Position numbers and translations under genes: made by a program
Shown here: piece after piece, positions 9,353 to 19,901 of the stretch
How positions within the stretch are numbered: the stretch's first letter is position 1
Layout of the letters: each line of letters starts with the position of its first letter
Virus record (IMG/VR): IMGVR_UViG_3300037156_000055
Strand: one strand, 5' to 3'
Source: an uncultured virus (IMG/VR IMGVR_UViG_3300037156_000055)
Lineage: Duplodnaviria > Heunggongvirae > Uroviricota > Caudoviricetes
DNA length: 64,000 bases
The notes under the pieces: model-generated
The model's input: the letters and a program-made list of their open reading frames with translations, nothing else
Database searches by the model: none
What the model was told of the DNA's origin: nothing

Positions 9353-11704
9353 TTAAAGTTCTGCTGATGCGGTCCAATGAAAGCCGATTCCGTGATTAAC
9401 AGCAATACTGCCAGTGAGGCAGGCGACCATTCCTCCGCTGGTCCCAAAGTTATAGAACGCGGCGGATGACCATGATGCTCCGCCTGTGTAATCATAACCG
9501 GAACCGGCAGCGCCCGTATTTGGGTTCCACATCGTCATTGATGGCATAACACGCATAGATACCGGAAAGGTAATCGGAAAACTAGGGTTATATGCACTAG
9601 AGCTTACTGGAATGTACTGTTGCGCGATGCCATCTGCGCCAATGAAACCAACTGGAGAGCCGATATCATAGCTTTTGCAAAAGTACCGCTGACATAGTGC
9701 GAGTTCTGTACCATATAGACGCTGCTCAAATTGTGTCGCTACTGAGCCTGTTTCAAGTTGAACATTTGTAAACATAATCAGCGCGCCATTAGTAGCTACG
9801 ACAGATGAAGCTCCTGTGGCGCTTAGATAGTTTACGGACGCCCAGGTATTCGCTGTGCCGCTTTGAGTCGTACCGCAAGCCATTGCTAGATTTAACCACA
9901 TGCCCCCCGAGGTACCATAGTTCACCCATGTTCCAGCAGTATCGCCAGGGATAGTTATTGATATTTTAGTCCATGTTGTTACCGCTGGAATACTGTAAGT
10001 AAATGGATATGATCTTGTTTGAGCATAATTTTGGATTGACCCGCCATATGTGCCTATAACACCTGAAGCGTTTAGATAAACATAGAACGAAAGAGTGATA
10101 GCTTTTGCATAAGCTGTACCGAATCCAAACTCTGCAATGTTGTTAGATTCAATCGCTTGTTGCAAGACCCATTTATCTGCTGCCAGCACTGAATACGCTG
10201 ATGACGATGTGAATGATAAAGCATATGTAGACGACGGACCAATTGCCGTCGGAATAATGTTAGCTATTCCTTGCCATGTACCCTTACTCGCTTGCGTAGC
10301 ATTATAGAACCAACGATCAATCGTATAAACACCCAAAGCGGTACCTGACACGAAACTATTCCTCTGGTCGATCCACATCTGCCCATTGATGATCTTATTA
10401 CGCATGAACGAGTACGCCATGCTAACGGTACCTGCTGCAGCAATATTTGCACTAGAGTTGATTGCCCCAGTTACATTCAGTGGTGCAGATGCTGTAAGGA
10501 CTCCGCCGGTTGTGCCGCCGAAGTCGATGCTTGCGTTAGCTGTTGCCCCGCCCCACCAACGATAACCACTTGTTGCGGATCGTTGAGCTACGCTGTCTCC
10601 AGCAATAGCTCCAGCGAACGAAGAGTATGTTCCAGTACCAGCACTTACGATTACGCCTGATGCAAGCGTTAGAGATGTTGGACTGAAGATCGAGTTGCCC
10701 GTGTTGAACGTAAAGCTTGTTGAGCTTTGTACTGTTAGCGATACCTTGAGTGCGCCAGTTTGGATACTGGCTGGATTGAGTACCGCGAACGGTGAAGCTG
10801 CTAAAGATAAAGCTCCTGTACCACCATTAGCAATTGGGAGTACACCTGTTTGGGCACCACCTGCACCAATGTTTAGTGTGCCAGCAGTGATACCTGTGGC
10901 CGGAATGTTCACCGTGCCCGAGAATGTCTTCGTACCGCCGATGGTTTGATTGCTCGATAGATCAACGAAGTTCTGCGTCGTACTACCTGTACCGCCTGAA
11001 GCGATTGCAAGAGCAGTCGAAAGCGTTACCGATGTAAATGATGGTGTTGCAGTGATCGTAATCGCTGGTGTTAGACCACCAGACGATGCCATATTTCCTG
11101 ATGCAGTTACGTTTGTAACTGCGCCAGTTACGAGAGCAGCATTAGGAACACTACCTGCTGTTAGGCCAGCGCCGGAACCTGTGAATGATAGACCCGTAAT
11201 GATACCGGCAGCATTGATCGTCGTCGCGCCTGTGAGGGCACCAACGATTGCAAGAGCGCCATTGATTGTACTAGCACCGTTGGCAATACTTGTAGAACCA
11301 GTAACAAAGTTGCCAGCACTAAGGGTTAGATTGCCTGCGGTTCCTAATGTAGCTGTCTTACCGCCCGCGTTAGCACCAAGGATGACACTGCCTGCAGCCG
11401 CTGCAGTGAACAGTGCGTTCGTACCATCATCGCTGATGACTACTTTGCTAGCGGTACCTAGAGTAGCAGTACCAATTAACAACATCGAAGTCGGCCCGAA
11501 GGTCGAACTACCAGATGTGATTACACCTGATACGTTGATCGTGCCGGTCTGCTGTGATACAGGAGATAGGATTACAGACCCGCCAGCTTTGACAAAGTTC
11601 GCAAGAGAAATCTTGTAGTCAACGCCACCATCTGCGATAACGCCTACGGCTGAACCTGACGGAGTGCCAGCCGTAGTTAATGCGCTAATAGCTGTATCAG
11701 CCAT
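9353..11704 (-). CDS. tail fibre protein
   Basis: Gly/Thr/Ala-rich with LPIANGGTG and QTIGGTKTF repeats; C-terminal RNKIING..IDQR..TIDRW..VQLETGSVATQFE..ELALCQRYF. Confidence 0.85.
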   Translation of the reverse strand: MADTAISALTTAGTPSGSAVGVIADGGVDYKISLANFVKAGGSVILSPVSQQTGTINVSGVITSGSSTFGPTSMLLIGTATLGTASKVVISDDGTNALFTAAAAGSVILGANAGGKTATLGTAGNLTLSAGNFVTGSTSIANGASTINGALAIVGALTGATTINAAGIITGLSFTGSGAGLTAGSVPNAALVTGAVTNVTASGNMASSGGLTPAITITATPSFTSVTLSTALAIASGGTGSTTQNFVDLSSNQTIGGTKTFSGTVNIPATGITAGTLNIGAGGAQTGVLPIANGGTGALSLAASPFAVLNPASIQTGALKVSLTVQSSTSFTFNTGNSIFSPTSLTLASGVIVSAGTGTYSSFAGAIAGDSVAQRSATSGYRWWGGATANASIDFGGTTGGVLTASAPLNVTGAINSSANIAAAGTVSMAYSFMRNKIINGQMWIDQRNSFVSGTALGVYTIDRWFYNATQASKGTWQGIANIIPTAIGPSSTYALSFTSSSAYSVLAADKWVLQQAIESNNIAEFGFGTAYAKAITLSFYVYLNASGVIGTYGGSIQNYAQTRSYPFTYSIPAVTTWTKISITIPGDTAGTWVNYGTSGGMWLNLAMACGTTQSGTANTWASVNYLSATGASSVVATNGALIMFTNVQLETGSVATQFEQRLYGTELALCQRYFCKSYDIGSPVGFIGADGIAQQYIPVSSSAYNPSFPITFPVSMRVMPSMTMWNPNTGAAGSGYDYTGGASWSSAAFYNFGTSGGMVACLTGSIAVNHGIGFHWTASAEL

Positions 11705-11720
11705 GACTTACCTCGATTGC

Positions 11721-11978
11721 CTAATGGAACAGTGAGTATATACCGTTTCCTCTCAGAGGGCTGTAACGGTTGTCAGGTGCAACGATGGTTAAGTCAAGCG
11801 AATCACTTGATGCATCTTGGTTTCGTATGATACGAATATCTGTGATGCAATCAAGCATCAATTGCGCTCCCTGCTGGAGCGTGTTACTTGGGTTCGGATA
11901 CTGCACGACGACTTCAACCATAGGAATCCGATATGGTTGAGCCAGCAGAAATTGCATCTGTGCCGTCTGTGCTATCAT
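11721..11978 (-). CDS. short ORF resembling the N-terminus of a tail hub protein
   Basis: ATGA-coupled to upstream gene; ITDIRIIR..SDSLDLTIVAPDNRYSPL. Confidence 0.55.
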   Translation of the reverse strand: MIAQTAQMQFLLAQPYRIPMVEVVVQYPNPSNTLQQGAQLMLDCITDIRIIRNQDASSDSLDLTIVAPDNRYSPLRGNGIYSLFH

Positions 11979-12850
11979 CCTTGTTGCCAGAGGCCACCGG
12001 ACCATTGGCCGGTATAAGCGGTATTGACAGTAGGAATCTGAGCCGTGTTAGTTAGGCCGTTGACTCCGGTCGTATCAATCCACTGAGGAGAGAATGCTGT
12101 CCAGATATCAGCCATAACGAATGCAGTAGAGCCAGCAGCTAATGCACCGCTTGTTGTCGCTGCATAGAGTCTTGCTCGCCGGAACCATACGTTCGTCGGG
12201 AATGTAAATGGGATCGTGATAGTCGCACCGTTAGTAGCTGTCGTCGCAGAGAAGATTGCGCTTTGCGTACTCTCTCCCCATGGAGTCCACCACGTATACG
12301 TGTAGAATACTTGAGTAGCTGTTGGGATCGATCCGCCTGTGCCAAGTGATGGCGTAGGCGTACCTGGAGTGCTGAGTGTATTGACAACACTAACAGCACC
12401 ATTAGCTGGCCGCACACAAAAGAACACAGCTTTAACTGCTCCGACCTTTTGAGCCGAACCGATTTGATAGTTAAATGATAGCAACTTCAACATTCCGTAA
12501 AAGCCGTTATCGCCTTGATCAATCATTGTACCTAACTGCAGATTGAATGATGCAGCTAACGTCTTGTAATCAGTCTCGCTCATCTCTTGCCATTCAAGGG
12601 CTATAGCCGTAGGAGCATACTCCATAGGGCCAGAGATGATTGTCGGGCCTAACTGAACCGGGAGCGCCGTAGTTGCGTTAGACGACGGGCTCCCGCTAAA
12701 ACTATTATCACCAGGATCGTACGCGTACAAAGTCGGATTCGTGATACAGGTGAACTGCCCACCTGCGTCAGTTGAGAACTTAAATTTTTGAGCAGTCCCT
12801 AACCAATAAGGAGCGTTAAGCCGCGACATAATAGCTCCTATCAACTTCAC
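11975..12850 (-). CDS. distal tail-like protein
   Basis: First structural gene after tape measure; C-terminal YTYTWWTPWGES FN3-like segment. Confidence 0.55.
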   Translation of the reverse strand: MKLIGAIMSRLNAPYWLGTAQKFKFSTDAGGQFTCITNPTLYAYDPGDNSFSGSPSSNATTALPVQLGPTIISGPMEYAPTAIALEWQEMSETDYKTLAASFNLQLGTMIDQGDNGFYGMLKLLSFNYQIGSAQKVGAVKAVFFCVRPANGAVSVVNTLSTPGTPTPSLGTGGSIPTATQVFYTYTWWTPWGESTQSAIFSATTATNGATITIPFTFPTNVWFRRARLYAATTSGALAAGSTAFVMADIWTAFSPQWIDTTGVNGLTNTAQIPTVNTAYTGQWSGGLWQQG

Positions 12851-13565
12851 CAGTTTTTAGATTCACTGATGGATGTATATTTGCGTGTTGTTTAGAGTTG
12901 CATGATTTGCATTGCGGGATTATGTTGTCTTCCCAATTTGAACCACCTAGAGATAGAGGTATCGCATGTCCGACAGTCAACGGCCCATCGCTGCCGCAGT
13001 CTATACATTTGTAGTTATATCGTTCGCAAACGTCGTCCCATTCGTCTAGCTCAAGAACGCCGTCTGCGTTCTTTCTCCTAGATCGATAAGCGTTAACATG
13101 CATCACATGTTGCTCGGGATTCGCTTTACGATATTCCTTATTTCGATCACGTTCGCGCTGACGAAATTCAGTATCTTCTGCATACTTCTTGCGCTGCTGT
13201 GCCTTAAACTTAATTGCTCGTTCAGGTTTAAGTCGCATAGCTGCGTTATTGTTATCAGACCAGCGTTTCCCGTCTTCAGTCCGAAAACGTCTGATGCGCC
13301 CGGTCTCATTTTTGCAAAGGCGGCACATCCATGTCTTATATTTGCCAGCTTGACTTGAGTACTCTTGATAACGTATCTGATGCTTGTCGCATAAAGTGCT
13401 ACTATTAGCGGCAGGCTTCTTCAGCCCTGGATTTTTGCGCCGAGGTTCGTTGACACATTCGCGACAACGCCAATAGCAACTCCCGGTGGCATAGTTATAT
13501 ACACTGAACTTACATTGATGTTTATCACAGAACGAATCACTAGTACTCATCCTCTGTCTAGCCAT
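12816..13565 (-). CDS. HNH homing endonuclease
   Basis: CIDC..LTVGHAIPLSLGGSNWEDNIIPQCKSCN; two N-terminal CDKH..CRxC repeats. Confidence 0.88.
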   Translation of the reverse strand: MARQRMSTSDSFCDKHQCKFSVYNYATGSCYWRCRECVNEPRRKNPGLKKPAANSSTLCDKHQIRYQEYSSQAGKYKTWMCRLCKNETGRIRRFRTEDGKRWSDNNNAAMRLKPERAIKFKAQQRKKYAEDTEFRQRERDRNKEYRKANPEQHVMHVNAYRSRRKNADGVLELDEWDDVCERYNYKCIDCGSDGPLTVGHAIPLSLGGSNWEDNIIPQCKSCNSKQHANIHPSVNLKTGEVDRSYYVAA

Positions 13566-13592
13566 ACTAGTTCTCCGTTCTGTGATTCATTA

Positions 13593-16500
13593 TCAGCTAT
13601 CGGCTTGGAAGCCTCTTGCGACCTGCTGGCTTCGATAAGTCGATACCGTTTGGGCTATTACCTGACCGTCCAAATTAACGGTAGTAGTTAGATTGCCGGT
13701 GCCGCTTGATGGCGGCGCATTGTAGACAGCCGTTGAAGGCGATTGTGCAAACAGCGATGGATACGGAATCGAACTTAACGAACTCGTATCACCATAACCC
13801 GGTGTATAGTATGGACTGAATGTAGCAGAGTTAGAACCCTTACCATATGCACTCACACTAATGATCGGAGCTAGAGCTTGATTCATTGCATTCGCTGCGC
13901 TAGTAATAGCTGTGAATGCATCTGTAGCTTCTGTTTGAATCTGCTGCCAGTTAACTTGCTTCAAGTCGCCAACGTCTAGGTTGCCGTCGTGAAGATTCGT
14001 TAAGCCGCCCTTCTCTTGGAAGTCTCCAAACATCTGCTGAATCGAGCCAGCCTCACTCCCGAAAACGGATGTGAGTTGCGCTTGACTCTTACCTTTGATA
14101 AAGTTCTCGATGTATGCGCCTTGCGATAGCCCGCCAGCCGCAGTACTGATAGCCGAGTCTTCTGCGAAGCTCTGTCCGTTAGCTGCGAACGATCCCTGGA
14201 CGTTAGCACCAAACTGCCCAAAGTCGGCAGTCGCATACTTATCAGGCATCAATGCCGGATTATCTTTGTGCATGAGTGCTGTGCCGATGCCGATTACCGT
14301 TGACGCTATGAGTCCTGCGGGCCCCGCTGCTGCTCCGCCCTTAAGTAGACCGCTTAGGAGGCTTGAAACGCCACCAGCGGCCTCTAAGCCACCGCTAATG
14401 CCACCTGCAGAGATACCGCCAGCAATACCAACAATACTACCGATGCTCTTAGCTACCGTATTCATCATAGCGGTAAGCTTCTTAGTCTCTGTAGTACTAT
14501 CAATAACAGCTTTACCGTTAGTGTCTAATGAAGCTGCAGTCTTATCACTACCGTTACCAGCGACAGTACCGCCCTGTGCGGCGGTTAACATATCCTTGCC
14601 AGCTTGCGACTGCAATTGAGCAGCAGTCATAATGGTTCCAGCAGTAAGCTTATTCAAGTTCGCTGCGTCCATAGTCTTAGTAGCTACATCCTTTGGCGCG
14701 GGGCCGAGGAACGCTTCTGTAACTGTCTTCTTCAGATTGTCTTCGGCGTTCTTTAACGTCGAGCCAATGACGCTCTTTTCGATATCCTGAATGACGCCGG
14801 TAAATAGTGATGCAGGCTTAGCGGCAGTTGTCTTAATCTGCTCCTCTTGAGCAGTCAACGCACGTATCTGTCTGTCAATGTCATCTCGTTGCGCCGTGTA
14901 AACAGCGCCCTGGAGATATGTCTTATCTTGATTGAGTTGGTTGATACGATTCTGAAGCTGGTTCTCTTGGTCACTATAGTTAGGCTTGCGATTCAATGAA
15001 TTGAATATGCTGTTGCCGACTGACGTGCCGACGGTATCTATCGCGCCTGATGCAGCAGTATACAAAGCCTGCTTCTGAAACTCAGTAGCTTTCCTTTGAT
15101 ACTCCGCTTGAGCATAGGTTGTTTGATTGATAGCTAACGCAAGATTTCGCCAATTGTCGATAGCACTTGTATCAGCGCCAATCTTGTTAGCCGCCGCGAT
15201 ATCTGCCGTATACTCTTTGGTTATCGCAGCAGCGCCCTTGATCGCAGCTACTAGAGGCGCATCATACGTAGCGTGAAGCTGTAGGTTTAGCTCTTGGGTA
15301 GCCTGTTCTACCTTTTGTTGTACTGCCGTAAACTCTGCTACGCTCGCCGGAACTGCTTCGACTGTCTTGCGATACTCTTCGAGTGCTACAGTCTGAGCTT
15401 TAGCTTTCTCCGTCATTTCGCCAAAACTGTTTACCTGAGTCTTCAGGCTAGCTTCCATGCTATTGATACTCAACTCAGCATCTTTAACAGCTTGCGTATA
15501 TGCAGCGTATGCTTTAGCCGCATCAGCGGGAGTACGTGCAGACGTTACATCGGTTCCAGCAGCCTTAAAGTCATCCTTCAAATCCTTGAAGGTCGTATTA
15601 AAAGCGTCTGTACCCTGTTGATCCTTGATTTCGTTTCCACGATCAGTCATCTTGTAACGGTCAGCTATCAACGCATCAAGTTGCGGTTGAATAGCATTGA
15701 TGCGATTCTGTAAAGCATCAATTCGATCATGAAGTGCAACGGTAGATGCCTTCTTCATGTCTGGGTCTGCACTTAAAGCAGTTTTGTATCGTTTCTTATC
15801 TGAAGCAAGTTCACCCTGAAGCGAGCCGCGTTCATTACTCAAATTGTCGTATGATTCCTGATCGACGTTCTTCTTAGCTTGTAAGCGATCAGTTAGAGCA
15901 GCTACTGCCGACGCCGTATTTCCATAAATCGAAATACGTTTCTCGTCCGCAGCGATCTGCTCATCGTTTATCTTGCCGATACCTTTGAGTGTATCAGCTA
16001 AGCCATCATACTTGGTTTTGATGTCATTGATGCGAGCGCCCATTTGGGATGCATCGCCCGCTAGACCCCGAGTACTCTGAGGCTTGCTTGCATCTTCGTA
16101 GCTAATTGGGCCACCGTTAGTAATACCGATTTCACCAAGGCGTTTCTCAGCCTCTGCTTGCTGCCTAGCAAACTGATCTAGAAGTGCCTTGATAGTCATA
16201 TCCTGAGCACTGCGCGGAGCATTCTTTGGATCACTATTTGACTCGTAAGTATCTTCTACACCGAAGGCTGCTGTATCACCAGCGAGCTTGCTACGTAAGG
16301 CACCTAGATGCAACAGATTGGTATGAGTTGGTGAAGCCTTTTCAAGTGCTGCTATCTGCCTCTTATCATCCATCACATCAGCGAAGTGCTCGTCACGCGA
16401 TTGATTTGAGTGTGCTTCCCGAGCACCGTGATAACGGTCATTCTTGTTAACGCTGTTACTCTTGCTCATCTCATCAATGGCAAACTTGCCAATTTCGAAT

Positions 16501-18851
16501 GCCGTTAAGGCAATACCTAATACCGGAATCATCTTCAGGAATGCTGTTCCAATTCGAACAGACATTGCCTCACCCGCTGTCGCCAAACCAGCAAATTCAC
16601 CTTCCATGGTTGCTACAGCTATACCCGTCTTGCTTGATAGCTCAAGAGCCGCATTACCCATTACTGATTCGCTTGCAATTACTGATCCAGCCGTCTTCCC
16701 TTCAGTTTCTTGAAGCTCAATCATCTTAAGGATTACAGAATCGATGCTAGCATTATGCTTTGCAGCAAATAATTTTACCGACATGACCATAGCTTCATCA
16801 GCTTCGCCGGTCGTTGCTAACGTATTTAGGACCGTGCGTTGATACGCGGTCAAGTCCATCATCATTGCTTTAGATGATACTGATTGGGTGATAGCTACCT
16901 TACCTGTTGCTATCTCTAATTCGTTGAATGCGCGGATTGCGACGGCGACAACCGTCTTGACAATACTAAATGTACCGAACGCTAGTCCAAGCTGTACGAG
17001 TTCTTTTGCAAGATCGACAACTTCTGTTTTATTAGCAATGAGCCACGGAACAACTTCGTTGTTTCCAACGTTAGCAGCAGCCTGTAAGTACGGAATGAAT
17101 TCCTTACCTACAGTGATACCTACAGCTTCCCAACCAGCCCGAAGTTCTTTCAACTGCTGTTCAGTCGTCTTCATCATCGAATCGAATGATTTATCTAGTG
17201 CTGCATCGGCCATTGCCTTGCGAGCATCATTCGTTGCTTGTTGGACTAACTTGTAATTCCGTAGTAGTGTTAAAACATCTTCTTCATCTTGCTTGCGAAC
17301 ACCAGCACCCATGATAATGGGAACAACCTTGCTCATTTGAGCACCCATCTCTTCGATGAGGTTCTGATTGTTCTTAGCCTCGATACCAATGCTCTTTAGG
17401 CCCTGGATTACCTTACCGTTACCCTCGATACCAGCGAATGCAGCAGCAAGATGACCGGCGACCTCATCGCCACTCGTATTCGTTAAATGCGATACGATTG
17501 CAACTTCGGCACCGATGCGCGCCAAAGTATCATGACCTTTGCCTAAGCCAACTACCATGACGGATGACAGACGAGTCATCCCGTCCATCATTTGTTTTAC
17601 AGCATCGTCAGATTGTCCACCGAGAGTTTGAATACCCCCACCGTAGCGCAGAGCTAGTCCGGTGGCAATATTGTATAGATCGGCAACACGCGATAGAGGC
17701 TCTTGCATCTGACCCATGACTGCAACGCTGTCACGGTAAATCTCTTCCATGTTCATGCCAGAAACTGCATTGAGTTTCATAGCCTGATCGGTAAGAGCTA
17801 GCGCAGGTACGAGTTCGCCTTTAGTGACTTTACCCCAGAGCCCTACTGACTCTTGGACGTGAATGACTTCTTCGCCATAGACACGAGCCATATCAATTGC
17901 AGACTGCTGAGCCTGAGCACTCATAGCAGGTGTGTAGTCTTGCCCCTGCGCCTGATAATACTGGCCCGTGATGTTCTGTTCTTTCTCACTGTGTACCGCG
18001 TCTGTAAGACCTTTGGTTATAGTCCCGACTCCGCCCTCAATGAGGTGCGCGCCTGCAGACCAAAGAGCAAACTGCCCAATCATATGGGTGAACTCGTCAG
18101 CAAAACCCTTAACGTTTGCTATACCCTGCGGAAGGACTAGGTTCATCTGACGATGAGCTTCGACGCCCTTTAGAAGCGCTGGGGTATAACGTTCGAACGT
18201 CGCCGCAGCCTTCTCAGCGGCAAGGTCTTGACTCTTGATTGCGCCATCGGTAGACATAATCGCTTCGCTGAATGCTTTATGAGCTTCTTGCGCTGCTGTA
18301 TTCCGTGCGATCATGTCATTGATTTGAGATTCTTGCGAACCCTGCATCAACGATTGGTTTAGGTTGGCGAACTCTTGCCCGCCGCGATTAGCTTCGCGTT
18401 GCTGTGGACGTGATGCAGATTTAACCTCTGCAGCATTCATCTTATCAATAGCATCCATCATGACTGTCATATCAGCCAAGATTGAATTCTTCGTATTCGA
18501 CCAGCTATTACTTACGCTGTCGGCAGCTTTCTTATTCGCTTCTGCAGCTTGGCTGGCAGCCTTCGATTGGTCGGCGCTAGATTTAGCAAGAGACTGCGCG
18601 AAACTTGCAACCTTCTTCTCGTCTTCAGCATATTGAAGATTGAGTTCTTTCTCTATCTGAATGAGCGACTTCGTTGCCGCTCCAGAAGCTTCCATGCTCC
18701 GATTGAGTTCAGCGAACCCTTCTTGCTTAATCTGGAATACCGGCATTGCCTTAGCAGCAGACTTGATACGGTCTTCGATCTTCGTAATATCTTCATCGAC
18801 TAGCTTCGCGCCAATCGATAACATGTAATCGCGTGGATCGGCCATAATCAA
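13593..18851 (-). CDS. tape measure protein
   Basis: 1752 aa Ala/Gln-rich helical protein after tail chaperones; C-terminal VNLDGQVIA. Confidence 0.92.
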   Translation of the reverse strand: MIMADPRDYMLSIGAKLVDEDITKIEDRIKSAAKAMPVFQIKQEGFAELNRSMEASGAATKSLIQIEKELNLQYAEDEKKVASFAQSLAKSSADQSKAASQAAEANKKAADSVSNSWSNTKNSILADMTVMMDAIDKMNAAEVKSASRPQQREANRGGQEFANLNQSLMQGSQESQINDMIARNTAAQEAHKAFSEAIMSTDGAIKSQDLAAEKAAATFERYTPALLKGVEAHRQMNLVLPQGIANVKGFADEFTHMIGQFALWSAGAHLIEGGVGTITKGLTDAVHSEKEQNITGQYYQAQGQDYTPAMSAQAQQSAIDMARVYGEEVIHVQESVGLWGKVTKGELVPALALTDQAMKLNAVSGMNMEEIYRDSVAVMGQMQEPLSRVADLYNIATGLALRYGGGIQTLGGQSDDAVKQMMDGMTRLSSVMVVGLGKGHDTLARIGAEVAIVSHLTNTSGDEVAGHLAAAFAGIEGNGKVIQGLKSIGIEAKNNQNLIEEMGAQMSKVVPIIMGAGVRKQDEEDVLTLLRNYKLVQQATNDARKAMADAALDKSFDSMMKTTEQQLKELRAGWEAVGITVGKEFIPYLQAAANVGNNEVVPWLIANKTEVVDLAKELVQLGLAFGTFSIVKTVVAVAIRAFNELEIATGKVAITQSVSSKAMMMDLTAYQRTVLNTLATTGEADEAMVMSVKLFAAKHNASIDSVILKMIELQETEGKTAGSVIASESVMGNAALELSSKTGIAVATMEGEFAGLATAGEAMSVRIGTAFLKMIPVLGIALTAFEIGKFAIDEMSKSNSVNKNDRYHGAREAHSNQSRDEHFADVMDDKRQIAALEKASPTHTNLLHLGALRSKLAGDTAAFGVEDTYESNSDPKNAPRSAQDMTIKALLDQFARQQAEAEKRLGEIGITNGGPISYEDASKPQSTRGLAGDASQMGARINDIKTKYDGLADTLKGIGKINDEQIAADEKRISIYGNTASAVAALTDRLQAKKNVDQESYDNLSNERGSLQGELASDKKRYKTALSADPDMKKASTVALHDRIDALQNRINAIQPQLDALIADRYKMTDRGNEIKDQQGTDAFNTTFKDLKDDFKAAGTDVTSARTPADAAKAYAAYTQAVKDAELSINSMEASLKTQVNSFGEMTEKAKAQTVALEEYRKTVEAVPASVAEFTAVQQKVEQATQELNLQLHATYDAPLVAAIKGAAAITKEYTADIAAANKIGADTSAIDNWRNLALAINQTTYAQAEYQRKATEFQKQALYTAASGAIDTVGTSVGNSIFNSLNRKPNYSDQENQLQNRINQLNQDKTYLQGAVYTAQRDDIDRQIRALTAQEEQIKTTAAKPASLFTGVIQDIEKSVIGSTLKNAEDNLKKTVTEAFLGPAPKDVATKTMDAANLNKLTAGTIMTAAQLQSQAGKDMLTAAQGGTVAGNGSDKTAASLDTNGKAVIDSTTETKKLTAMMNTVAKSIGSIVGIAGGISAGGISGGLEAAGGVSSLLSGLLKGGAAAGPAGLIASTVIGIGTALMHKDNPALMPDKYATADFGQFGANVQGSFAANGQSFAEDSAISTAAGGLSQGAYIENFIKGKSQAQLTSVFGSEAGSIQQMFGDFQEKGGLTNLHDGNLDVGDLKQVNWQQIQTEATDAFTAITSAANAMNQALAPIISVSAYGKGSNSATFSPYYTPGYGDTSSLSSIPYPSLFAQSPSTAVYNAPPSSGTGNLTTTVNLDGQVIAQTVSTYRSQQVARGFQADS

Positions 18852-18861
18852 TTCTCCTACT

Positions 18862-19218
18862 CTACTTCTTGTGCTTAGCTTCTTCTGCTTGCTGCTCAGC
18901 TAGGCGTTTACGCCGCGCTGAAGCATCATGTAACCACTCGCCCAATGGTAAGAAATAATCCGTAGGTCGATAGTAATCGAAGTCTCTGGGTTCTTTAGAG
19001 CGATAGTCAATCAGATCAGTTGTCCGAGGCCAGTCTTTCTTATCAAAGCTGTTCAGATTTTCTAGCTGATATCGACGTTGAATTGCATAGAACGCAGTAT
19101 CAACGATTATTGCAGAAGCTTCCATGAGTAGGTATTCAAAGCCCTCGATGCCGCCGCCATATTCTTTAGTGATTAAGTCAGCTTTAGCAACTAACTCATC
19201 AAGGCTTAGCTCAAAGGG
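18862..19218 (-). CDS. tail assembly chaperone, -1 frameshift extension (gpT-like)
   Basis: -1 frame is open from the slippery site (PFELSLDELVAKADLITKEYGGGIEGFEYLL) into the MEASAII ORF. Confidence 0.8.
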   Translation of the reverse strand, partial: PFELSLDELVAKADLITKEYGGGIEGFEYLLMEASAIIVDTAFYAIQRRYQLENLNSFDKKDWPRTTDLIDYRSKEPRDFDYYRPTDYFLPLGEWLHDASARRKRLAEQQAEEAKHKK

Positions 19219-19898
19219 ATATTTTTCTCTTGACGCACCTCTTCAGCAATGCGGTCTGATAGCATATCAATCGTTCCAGGAGATAACATCTCTTCGACTT
19301 CTTCTGGAGTATCGAACACTAGCTTATGCTTACCGGGATTTGCGTCATCCGGTTCAAGGATAGATTGCTGAATGAGGTTTAAGCGGTAGACATCATATGC
19401 TACTTTATTCGCCTGCGTGTCAGTCTGTATGTCTACGCACTTGGCCGCGAGTTCTTCAAGGCTGTTCTCTTTCATAGCCTCGATGTTCTCTTCTACCAGC
19501 CGCTCGAAGATCGGAGTGAACTTGGCGACCCAAGCCTCTTCCTCTTCTTTGGTAGCTCCCTCGGCTAGAGGCTCACAGTCCATCTCACGGATCGTTTCAG
19601 CCCGAATGGCTGTACGATCAGAAGCTACGATGAACTTCGCGCACTTATCAAGACCAACATCTTCGAACTCTTTGAGCCACTTATCATACTGGCTTGGTTC
19701 GCCTTCGGCCTTAACTTCTTTGAAGCTAGCGGTCGTTTTCTTGAACTGATCGATCATTGCGTTACGCAATACACGTTCACGAAGACTCGTAAGACACTGA
19801 TAGAGTACTTCAATCTCTTGACTGCCATCCCGAGACTTCAGAGAGATAGTAACTAACGGACGACCAAGCTGCGAGAGCTTGTCTTTTACTGATGCCAT
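19206..19898 (-). CDS. tail assembly chaperone (gpG-like)
   Basis: Between tail tube and tape measure; ends in a slippery heptamer. Confidence 0.8.
   Translation of the reverse strand: MASVKDKLSQLGRPLVTISLKSRDGSQEIEVLYQCLTSLRERVLRNAMIDQFKKTTASFKEVKAEGEPSQYDKWLKEFEDVGLDKCAKFIVASDRTAIRAETIREMDCEPLAEGATKEEEEAWVAKFTPIFERLVEENIEAMKENSLEELAAKCVDIQTDTQANKVAYDVYRLNLIQQSILEPDDANPGKHKLVFDTPEEVEEMLSPGTIDMLSDRIAEEVRQEKNIPLS
19212..19218 (-). other. programmed -1 ribosomal frameshift site C CCT TTG
   Basis: X XXY YYZ heptamer in frame, one codon before the stop (ATC CCT TTG AGC TAA). Confidence 0.8.
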
Positions 19899-19901
19899 AT
19901 C

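Noticed and set aside
10950..11618. 222-aa and other long plus-strand ORFs opposite structural genes
   Set aside because: Antisense shadows of Gly/Ala/Thr-rich genes; no RBS or motifs
9353..11704. Diversity-generating retroelement target in the fibre gene
   Set aside because: No reverse transcriptase and no template-repeat copy seen in the window
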